Source: Rhynchobatus australiae
Lineage: Eukaryota
NCBI GenBank assembly: GCA_034780895.1
Contig: JAUZTB010000027.1
Span: forward strand, 18,578,273 to 18,642,272
DNA length: 64,000 nucleotides
Direction of reading: 5' to 3'
In this document: positions 1-9,330 of the stretch, piece after piece
How positions within the stretch are numbered: position 1 is the first letter of the stretch
How the letters are laid out: each line of letters opens with the position of its first letter
Translations under genes and position numbers: made by a program
The notes under the pieces: generated by a model
Database searches by the model: none
The model's input: only the letters and a program-made list of their open reading frames with translations
What the model was told of the DNA's origin: nothing

Positions 1-101
1 TCCCTCCAGGACCGAGTCCGACGGCTACTCCTGATCTCCTCCGGCTCCGCTCATTGCCAGTCCGACCCTCGCCCCTCCCTCAGTGCCTCGGATGTTTTCA
101 C

Positions 102-194
102 CTTCTGCCGGCTCTCCGTGTCCAGCTGGATCGCGACCCGCGCCATCTTCATGGCGTTTTGCAGCGCATTCCCTCCGGGATCGGGGAGCGCCAT
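102..194 (-). CDS. VPS9D1: VPS9 domain-containing protein 1, first coding exon (remainder of gene lies left of the window)
   Basis: Minus-strand ATG at 194 in GCCATGG Kozak context gives 31 codons MALPDPGGNALQNAMKMARVAIQLDTESRQK, then a phase-0 donor AAG|GTGAAA at 101. This resembles the human VPS9D1 N-terminus as I recall it (LQSAMKLANGAIELDTGNRPR). Too short to appear in the ORF track. Confidence 0.85.
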
Positions 195-314
195 GGCGCT
201 GCCAGCCGGAACGTTAGTTGCGGGAGCGTGGCGTCACCCGGCAGATCTCACGCACAGGGACCCGCGGACCGTCGGACACAGAAGGTCCGCGGACCGTTGG
301 GGTGGCGCCGCCTG

Positions 315-323
315 GCGGAAGTG
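315..323 (+). promoter_or_regulatory. ETS/GABPA-type motif GCGGAAGTG
   Basis: Consensus CGGAAGT core about 120 bp upstream of the VPS9D1 ATG, next to GGCGGG. Typical of housekeeping and bidirectional CpG promoters. Confidence 0.5.
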
Positions 324-440
324 GCGGGGACTGCAGGCGGGTGAAGCCCCGACCGCAGTGACTGGCGCTCTGTAGCCTCTCAACGAGTGTGCGCTCGGTT
401 ATCATTCGGGAATGAAAATCAGGTAAAATAAAAGCTGCAG

Positions 441-498
441 CAACACACACAAAGTGCTGGAGGAACTCAGCAGGTCGGGCAGCATCTATGGAGACCCT
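441..498 (-). mobile_element. Penelope-like terminal repeat fragment
   Basis: ACACAAAGTGCTGGAGGAACTCAGCAGGTCGGGCAGCATCT motif, repeated across the window and flanking GIY-YIG remnants elsewhere. Confidence 0.6.
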
Positions 499-654
499 GC
501 CTCAGGACTCTGCAGCTGCTGGAAATAGGAACCACAAAATGTTGGGACGGCTGAGTGGATCCCTCGCTATTCCTCTCCTCCTGTTTTCCAAGCTGGAGGT
601 GAGGGGTAGAACCAAAATACTGACGGTCTCTACTCGCCATCAAGCAGTTTTCAC

Positions 655-1603
655 CATTATCAGACTCAGGTTCATTATCACCGACACGCGTGTCGTGAAG
701 TTTNNNNNNNNNNNNNNNNNNNNNNNNNNNNNNNNNNNNNNNNNNNNNNNNNNNNNNNNNNNNNNNNNNNNNNNNCACTGCAAGACATGAGGATATAAAA
801 ATTCCTCTAAGTCACAAAACTAAATAAGTAGTGCAAAAGGGGTGGTGTTCTTGGGTGATGGAGGGGGAAGATGCTGTTCCTGAGATGTTCCGTGTGGGTC
901 TTCAGGCTCCTGTACCTCCTCACCGATGGTGGTAACGTGAAGAGGGGCACGTCCTGGGTGGTGAGGGCCCTTAATGATGGGTGCCGCCTTCTTGAGGCGC
1001 CGCCTCTTGACGATGTCCTCGATGGTGGGGGAGGGTTGTTCCCGTGATGGAGCTGACTGAGTCTACAACCCCCTGCAGCCTCTTTCAGTCCTGCTCATTG
1101 GAGCCTCCATACCAGGCGGTGATGCAACCAGTCAGAATGCTCTTCACTGTACATCTGTAGAAATTTGCAAGAATCTTTGGTGACATACCAAATAAACTCC
1201 TAATGAAGCAGATGGTATTAATGTGCTGGACCCAGTACAGATCCTTGGAGACGTTGACACCCAGGAACTTAGGGCTGCTCGTCCTTTCCACCGCTGACCC
1301 CTCAATGAGGACTGGTGTGTGTTCTCCCGATTTCCCCTTCCTGAAGTCCACAATCAATTCCTTGATCTTGCTGACATGGAGTGCGAGGTTGTTGTTGCGA
1401 CACCACTCAACCAGCTGATCTGTCTCACTCCTGTCAGCCTTCTCATTGCCATCTGAGATTCTGCCAACAACTGTGGTGTCATTGGCCAATGTATAGATGG
1501 CGTTTGAGCTGTGCCTAGCCACACAGTCATGAGTGTAGCGAGAGTAGAGCAGTGGCTAAACACATATCTTTGAAGTGCACCTGTGTTGATAGTCAGCAAG
1601 GAG
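655..1603 (-). mobile_element. Rex1/Babar LINE, 5'-truncated (RT C-terminal part and 3' end)
   Basis: ORF 1085-1522 reads ANDTTVVGRISDG...LVEWCRNNNLALHVSKIKELIVDFRK...KFLGV, the Rex1/Babar-type RT region. Degenerate. Confidence 0.85.
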
Positions 1604-2934
1604 ATGCCCCTCTCCATTTTGCACGTTTGCATCTAACCCATGTGGCTATTTAACTCATTTCAGAGTCCCAGACTTTAAAGATTTATTATTTTGCTGTATT
1701 CATGCTTCAAAATTCAATTGAATTGAGAAAACCAAAGATGAATTTCACTTTATACAATTCTATACAGTGAAACATGCAGCATTTTTGTGTCAGATTTTCT
1801 TTCTTGTGTATTGCTTTATAGTATATTACTCTTCAAAGTCCATTGTTGTGCCAAACCTGTGCAGTTGAATTCAAAGAACAGTCTGAAATTGTTAATGAAC
1901 CAAAATAATGTGAAGTAGTCAATGTGCTTTGACTACAATTCAACACTTTGTTATTAAAAAGTTGAAGGAAATGATGCAGAGGAAATGTAAATATTTTCTG
2001 AAACATTTGAGACTGGACCATGACAGATCTTACCTAAGGGAGATATACAGGCCATGGAAAATTAGGGAACTCTTTAAAATATGTTAAACTGTTTATTCAG
2101 AGAAGTTAAACTGTACCCAGAAACATAATATTTTCCAAAACCACACTGATTACACTTCAAAAAAAAGCTACATCATAGCATCGTGAGGTTTTGAAAGGTG
2201 GTGTGTAAGTCTTTTTATTTAAATTGTTAGGAGTATGTATATGTGAAGGTAATGAAAAAAAAGCCTTTGAACAGTAAAATCAAACAGGTAGAAAGCACTA
2301 ATGTGAAGAGAGAAAATATTGTGCTAGAAAATTATTATAAAGAGGTCAGTTAAATCTTCCAAGGCTTTTGTTCACTCACAATATCTGGGTGTCTTAGCAA
2401 GGCCCAGGCCCTGTCCCTAAATGCCCTGGAATAGGCTTATTATAAAGAGATCAGTTAAATCTTTGACGGTGTCTGGGATCAGATGTCAGTTCAAGGCCTT
2501 CCATTATCTCAGATGACAGCAAAATGGATACAAAATTCTGGCTAATATGTTGTCAATGAAAATGTGAAACCCAGCTACACAAACATTCCATGGGAGTTAC
2601 TGCAACTGTTAAACCAGGGACATGGCTGATTGGTCTTGAGATGAAATAAAAAAAGCATTTATGGCCCGTTGTTATCTTCTCATGGTTTGGCTCACAGGTT
2701 TTTTTTCATTGTTTTCAGAAGACCATTTACTAATTTTCTGGGGTGAGTTCTTGACTTGGCTCCGCTTTTGGGAATACCTACCCCACATGTGGAGGTCAAA
2801 CATCACCACAGAGCCTACTGTGGAGAGTTTGTATTGCAGACACTTTGGGGCGGGAGACACACTTTGAAAGGGATCTTTTGGATTTAGTTCCCAGTTGCCA
2901 GTCAAAAATCTGAAACTCTGCCTGAGACCACAAG

Positions 2935-3392
2935 GAACTGCAGAGAGTGGTGGACACAGCTCAGCAGGAAAACCAGCCTCCCCTCCATGGACTCTGTCTA
3001 CATCTCACTGCCTTGGTAAAGCAACCAGCATAATCAAAGACCCCTCCCATCCCAGACCTTCTCCCTTCTCCCCCCTCCCACTGGGCAGAAGATACTAAAG
3101 CCTGAAAGCACGTACCACCAGGCTCAAGGACAGCTTCTATCCCGCTGTTGCAAGACTATTGAACAGACCTCTTGTAGGATAAGATGGACTCTTGATCTCA
3201 CAATCTACCTCGTCATGACCTTGCACCTTAATGTCTACCTGCACTGCACTTTCTTCGTAACTGTAACACTTACTTTTCCCTTGTACTACTTTAATGTACT
3301 TATGTGATGAAACTAACTATGGATGGCATGCAAAACAAAGTTTTTCATTGTACCTCAGTACATGTGACAATAATAAACCAATTTACCAATTT
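2935..3392 (+). mobile_element. Rex1/Babar LINE 3' end
   Basis: Translates CLGKATSIIKDPSHP...FSPLPLGRRY and ends in an AATTTACCAATTT tail. Closely similar copy at 26668-27000 on the opposite strand. Confidence 0.8.
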
Positions 3393-3669
3393 TACATTGT
3401 GTCCATGTTAAAAGTATTGCCATCCAGCCTGTCAAGCTTTGTCATAGCTTTGTAATTTCAATGAAATCTCTTCTCGTTCTTCTATGTGAATACAAGTCTA
3501 GTTGACCCAATCTTTCCTTATACAGTAGTCCTGTCATCTCAGGAATCAGTCCGGTGAATCTGTCTCATTCCCTTTCTGAGTTAAAGGAATTTGCTTCTAA
3601 ATAGAAAGACTACAGTTTCAAGTTGTTTCTGCAAATGTGGCTGAGCCTCTGGTGCTGATTGGGAGTTTT

Positions 3670-3880
3670 TTTTTTGTCTACTCACTCATGATATCTGGAT
3701 ATCTTAGCAAGGCCCTGTCCTTAAATGCCCTGGAATAGGCTTCGGTGAGCATCCTGTAGTTTCACTGCTGTTGTAGTGCTGAAGGCACTCTCTCAGTACT
3801 ACTGGGATAGAGGTTTCAGGATTGACACTTAGTGATGGTGTAGGGGTAGGGATATATTTACAAACAGGATAGTGGAGAAC
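3670..3880 (-). mobile_element. Old CR1-clade LINE 3' end, degenerate
   Basis: T-run followed by GCAAGGCC...TAAATGCCCT, resembling the tail shared with the SINEs at 11885 and 14090. Confidence 0.4.
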
Positions 3881-3885
3881 ATAAA

Positions 3886-3985
3886 GGTGCTGCACACAAA
3901 GTGCTGGAGGAACTCATCAGGTCAGGCAGCATCTATGGAGGGAAGTGGACAGTCAACGTTTCGGATTGAGATCCTTCATCTGTCC
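3886..3985 (-). mobile_element. Penelope-like terminal repeat with degenerate hammerhead core
   Basis: Same terminal motif as 441-498. Minus strand reads CAGATGA-aggatctcaatcc-GAAA-cgttgactg. Confidence 0.7.
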
Positions 3986-3989
3986 AACT

Positions 3990-4225
3990 TGGAGAAAGAA
4001 CATCCAGGAAGCCTCTGAGTTCTCTATGATGGAAGCACATGGAGGCCGTGCGCCAAACAGCAAAAGATGTGATCAATAACCTTATCCACCTGTCCCATTA
4101 AGCTCCACCTGCCTCATCTGAGGCAGAATCTGTGGATTCCTCATAAGACACCTCAGTTCCTTAGAACCCACTGAATGAGGAGGAGCAGGTTATGCTTGAA
4201 CACGAGGGACTGCTCAGGAAGACTT
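3990..4225 (+). mobile_element. RTE-clade LINE 3' end, degenerate
   Basis: GGCAGAATCTGTGGATTCC...AGAACCCAC...GAGGGACTGCTCAGGAAGA resembles the C-terminal zinc-knuckle and 3' tail of RTE elements. Confidence 0.45.
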
Positions 4226-5721
4226 AATCATAGTTCTCAGGAGGCAAAATAACCTCTGTATTTCAATAAATATTTATTGCAAGGTATAATGTAAGCAAAA
4301 CACAAATATGGACTATTTGAGCTAATATGTGAAGAACTACACAAAAATTGTGAAGTGAGAGAAGGTATTTTTGATTTTCAGTTCATTTTAGTTTGAAAAT
4401 AACATTACATCAGAAGTGCTTTTTATTATTTATTTGAAGCAATTTGTAAAATATTTGTTCAAGTATTATACTGTAATTTAAAACTTCATTCAATTGACAG
4501 GTGGTTGAAGGTTTACACCAAATGTAGTATATTGAAGGCTGGAATGTTTTGCTTTAACTGATAAAAACTGAACGAACACCCTGCAGGCCTAGTTAGAAAA
4601 AAGATTTTGTTTTAAAATTTTTTTCCCAATAAAATTGTATGCTGGCAATTCCTGCCATCCATGAAGAATTTTCATTTTCAGTAACCTGAACAAAATCGGT
4701 GTAATAGCACCATCCAGTTGTTGGATATGAGAACTGCAATGCTATTCAGTACTATTTAGGCTAAGTCCAAGACTTGATGTGTGCTCAGTTAGTGAATGAG
4801 TGCAAAGATGAATCAAAGATTATTTGTTGTTGATTTCTCAGCTATGTTCATTATTTGTACATGATTATCTTCAATGGCAGACTAACAGTACTGTGGAAAA
4901 TGTGGGTCATCAAGTAGCTCCATTTAGCAAACAAAATAGTTGTATATTGCGGTACTGCTCTTTATAGGAAGAGGGAAAGTGATTGGGTAATTTCTTTGCT
5001 AAAAGACTTCACTGCTGTTGGTGACTAGGTTTGTTTTTAATGATTCTTCACTCTCAGAATGTTTCTGGAAAAATTACCTCGTTTTTACTAGGGGAAGTTG
5101 TGGTAGTTTCTGGCATACGTTCTGTTTACCATGCCTTTTAGATAGATCATGGTAAACAGAAAACAAATTTATCTCAGGATAAATTGACTTTTGTTTGCTG
5201 TGCAAAAGGCTGTTTGGGGTGGGCACTGACAGAAGTCCTGACCACACCGTGCCCTGCTGCCTTCCATTACATGCTGTGTCAACATGAGTCACTTGACAAG
5301 TCGAAAACACTGAAGTGTAAGTAAGGAAAGGAGGAATGGACCATACACACCCTCAAGCCTATTCCATGATGCAATAAAATCACGGATAATCCTTAATCTT
5401 GTCCANNNNNNNNNNNNNNNNNNNNNNNNNNNNNNNNNNNNNNNNNNNNNNNNNNNNNNNNNNNNNNNNNNNNNNNNNNNNNNNNNNNNNNNNNNNNNNN
5501 NNNNNAAATCACGGATAATCCTTAATCTTGTCCACATTACTGCCTGATCACCATATCTTCTGATTCCCTTCCCTTAAATTTTCTCATTAACTGAGCTGCA
5601 GGATTTTGCTGTAAAGTATTTCAAATATTTACATCTTTCTGAATAAACAAATTTCTCTTCATCTCAACCCTGAGTCCCAAGACTATGTGTCTGGTTCTAA
5701 ACTCTCCAGCTAGAGGAAAGA

Positions 5722-5825
5722 GAGCAACACACAAAGTGCTGAAGAAACTCAGCGGGTCAGGCAGCATCTGTGGAGGGAAATGAACAGTCGATGTTTCAGG
5801 CTGAGACCCTTCATCAGGACTGAGG
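5722..5825 (-). mobile_element. Penelope-like terminal repeat
   Basis: Copy of the terminal motif, carrying the hammerhead listed next. Confidence 0.75.
5785..5822 (-). ncRNA. Minimal type I hammerhead ribozyme motif (Penelope-associated)
   Basis: Minus strand: cagtc-CUGAUGA-agg(gucucag)ccu-GAAA-ca-UC-gacug. Stem I is cagtc/gactg, stem II agg/cct, both core boxes are intact, cleavage triplet is AUC. Confidence 0.65.
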
Positions 5826-6524
5826 AAAGAGACTCCCTTGGTATTCAGTTAATCCTGCTCAGAAACCTTCATGCCTAAATTCAGCGTCTCAAATCAGATT
5901 AAGATTACACATTTCTTCCCATAATGGACTGAATATATGCAATAGATGCCTTTGCAATATCACCAATAGCACCCCTACAGTTATTTTACTTCTCTGAAGC
6001 TGTATCCCTCTCTTTCTTGCTATTTGGAGGCCAAAAGTGTAACCCCAGTAGTGTGATGAACTCCCTGCTAGTATTTTGAATACTGGTGGCAATAATGCCA
6101 TACCTACCATCCACGAGAGAAAAGAGTATTACTGATGCCATGCAACCTGTCTGGATGATATGCCTGTCATGGAATAATAACTATTCAGTGTATGAGCAAT
6201 GAGATGTGAGCCTTGAAATTTAGTCCTTGCAGCAGGGTAGGTATATTAGGGTGTAAAATAGGACAAGAGTATTTGGTATGAGTTCTGCTTAGAAACAGAT
6301 CGTTGGTTGTTGTTTGATAGGGTTTGTCATATTGAGCATTTCATGAAGCTTGTGGTGCAGGTAGTGGGAAATGGCATTTAATGATTCATTGATCATGTAG
6401 CACTGTATTCTCTCCATTTTACTCTGGACATTCACTTCCTGAAATATCTCCTTCAACTGCTTTTGCAGTGTGCATCTGGTGAGCCCTGAGGCCATGCCTG
6501 GTGAGAGGACTTCTTTCTATTGAA

Positions 6525-7195
6525 AGAAAAACAAGGGATTTCACATGCTGGAATCTAGATGAAAAACACGATGATGCTGGAGGAACCCAGCAGGCCAGGC
6601 AGCATCCGTGGAGAAAAGCAGNNNNNNNNNNNNNNNNNNNNNNNNNNNNNNNNNNNNNNNNNNNNNNNNNNNNNNNNNNNNNNNNNNNNNNNNNNNNNNN
6701 NNNNNNNNNNNNNNNNNNNNNNNNNNNNNNNNNNNNNNNNNNNNNNNNNNNNNNNNNNNNNNNNNNNNNNNNNNNNNNNNNNNNNNNNNNNNNNNNNNNN
6801 NNNNNNNNNNNNNNNNNNNNNNNNNNNNNNNNNNNNNNNNNNNNNNNNNNNNNNNNNNNNNNNNNNNNNNNNNNNNNNNNNNNNNNNNNNNNNNNNNNNN
6901 NNNNNNNNNNNNNNNNNNNNNNNNNNNNNNNNNNNNNNNNNNNNNNNNNNNNNNNNNNNNNNNNNNNNNNNNNNNNNNNNNNNNNNNNNNNNNNTCTCCT
7001 GGCCGTGGAGGAGGCCAAGCACTGTCATGTCAGTGATAGTGTGGGAGGGGGAGTGGAAGGGACTGGCAATGGGGAGATGCAGATCGCAGTTACAGACAGA
7101 GCGCAGATGTTCTGCGAAACGGTCACCTAGCCTGCGCTAGGCCTCACCAATGTAGAGGAGGCCACACTTGGAGCACCAAATGCAATAGATAATAT
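6525..7195 (-). mobile_element. Penelope-like retroelement 3' part (GIY-YIG endonuclease remnant and terminal repeat), spans a gap
   Basis: Minus translation IYCIWCSKCGLLYIGEA*RRLGDRFAEHLRSV...TDMTVLGLLHGQE is the Penelope GIY-YIG signature with one stop codon. Confidence 0.85.
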
Positions 7196-7899
7196 TAGGG
7201 ACTTCTTTCTATTTCCTGACCAATGTCTTCAGTGCAACATCAGGAGGGTGTTGATGCTCTTTCTTTCCCATGTTCAGTAGTGCCTACTTGAGCAATTTAC
7301 ACTCACCTCTAAGGGTTTTCTCAGCAATTCTTTTGCAAGTGCTCTTTCCTTTAAGAAGGTGCAAACAGTCAAACAGCAGGGTGCTCAGGTTAGTGCCCAC
7401 TCACTAAACTGAGCACCCTGCTGAGGTACTAATAAACTTAAACAACATGTGTGTTAGCACTGGCTAGATGCTGCAACAATGTCAGTGAGTGGGCAGCATG
7501 ATGTTCGGATGCTTCCTGCGTCCGAGTGAACGGGCACAGGTTAATCTTGCATCACAATCACTGTGCTGATTTTCCTGTGTTTTCCAATTTATCAAAGCAA
7601 CTATAGTAAAAACTGGAAATTTGAAATAAAAATAAAAATTGTGGAAATACCCAGCAAGCCCGTCAGCATCTGTGAAGAGAGAAACAGAGTTAATAATTCA
7701 GATCCATGACCTTTCATTAGAAACGGCCCAAGCTCTGTGTTGCAGAGGAGGGAAAGGGTGAAGAAACCAAAGGGAATGTCCTTGACGGGGAAAGACTGAA
7801 TGACATAAATGGCAGTAGAACCGGCTGAGAGAAGATGATGAAGGATTGTTTATTGCATCTGACTTTCTGCAACCAAGCAAAAGGGTGAAATATAAAAAT

Positions 7900-8420
7900 A
7901 TGAGGACGTGGAAGCATTGGAAAGGGTGCAGAGGAGATTTACCAGGATGCTGCCTGGTTTGGAGAGTATGCATTATGAGGAGAGACTAAGGGAGCTAGGG
8001 CTTTACTCTTTGGAGAGAAGGAGGATGAGAGGAGACATNNNNNNNNNNNNNNNNNNNNNNNNNNNNNNNNNNNNNNNNNNNNNNNNNNNNNNNNNNNNNN
8101 NNNNNNNNNNNNNNNNNNNNNNNNNNNNNNNNNNNNNNNNNNNNNNNNNNNNNNNNNNNNNNNNNNNNNNNNNNNNNNNNNNNNNNNNNNNNNNNNNNNN
8201 NNNNGAGATATCAGAGGGAGGTTTTTTACCCAGAGAGTGGTTGGGGCATGGAATGCGCTGCCTGGGGCGGTGGTGGAGGCATTGGTCAAATTCAAGAGAT
8301 TGCTAGATAAGCATATAGAAGAATTTAAAATAGAGGGATATGTGGGAGGAAGGGGTTAGATAGTCTTAGGTGAGGTTTAATGGTCGACACAACATTGTGG
8401 GCCGAAGGACCTGTATTGTA
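7900..8420 (+). mobile_element. CR1 LINE 3' end
   Basis: [16 protein letters not shown]...[21 protein letters not shown], followed by GGGCCGAAGG and a TGTTCTA-type tail. Confidence 0.9.
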
Positions 8421-8442
8421 CTGTACTATTGTATGTTCTATA

Positions 8443-9330
8443 AAACACTGCAGGTGCTGGAAATCTGAAATACAGCAGAATGCTGAAAATATTCACCAAA
8501 TCAAGGGGCCCTGTGGAGAGAGAAAAACAGAGTTGACAATACCAAACTAATCAGTTCAGATACAAACGGAAAAAGTTGGTTGTCTGAAATTGCTGAATTT
8601 AATATTTATTCCCAAGGACTGTAATGTGCTCGGTCAGTACTGTTCTTCAAGTTTACATTGGGTTCATTGGAAAAGTAGAAAAGGCCAAAGGCAGAGAGAG
8701 AGAGTAAGGTGGAGGATTATAGTACCAGGCAACTGGAAGCTTAGGGTCACTCTTGCAGACAGAACAAAGGAATTCTGCAAAGTGATCGCCCAATCTGCAT
8801 TTCTCCGTTATAGAAGAGACCGTATTGTGAGTGCCAAGTTCTGCACATTAAGCTGGTAGAAGCACAAGTAATGCTTCACGTGGAAGGAGTTCTGGGTCCT
8901 GGGATGACAGGAACGAAAGGGATAAAAGGGCAGTTTTTGTATCCTCTTCAAGGGAAGACAAAATGAGAAGGGGGCTGTGAATTGGTGGAGATGGAAGAGT
9001 GAGCTAAGAAGTTCCAATGGGAACTGTCTGAAATGCTGAAAGAGGAGGGTAGGAGAGCATGTGTCCGGTGATGGTATCACACTGAATGTGGAGTCTGGTG
9101 AGGGGAGCCCTAAACTGGTGTGGTTTCCCATATGATTCAGAGGAAGAGCATGGAGTGAGAGGGGAAGTTCATTGTGAGAACAAATTAGATCAGGTTAAAG
9201 AGCAGGGGGTGTGGGATGTCGAGGGGAATTGGTTGGACCTCTATTCAAGGAAGAATCACAGTGCTCTCAGGTGGGTGGGGATATGGGGAGATTGGACTTT
9301 AGCCCAATTTATCTCCCTGTAGGCAGTATC
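8443..9330 (-). mobile_element. Penelope-like element, older degenerate copy
   Basis: Terminal motif GCTGGAAATCTGAAAT followed by sequence paralleling the GIY-YIG region at 7000-7190 and 50400-50660. Confidence 0.65.

Larger units (their letters stand above)
1..410. promoter_or_regulatory. CpG island / promoter of VPS9D1, possibly bidirectional
   Basis: The only strongly GC- and CpG-rich stretch in an otherwise CpG-depleted window. Contains exon 1, a YY1-like CGCCATCTT (141-149), a CRE-like GTGGCGTCAC (228-237) and GC boxes. Confidence 0.8.

Noticed and set aside
54-344. Plus-strand ORF over the CpG island
   Set aside because: Non-ATG start, antisense to VPS9D1 exon 1, and explained by GC-rich stop-codon scarcity.
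5377-5534. Exact 29-bp direct repeat
   Set aside because: It flanks a 100-N gap on both sides, so it is an unmerged contig overlap.
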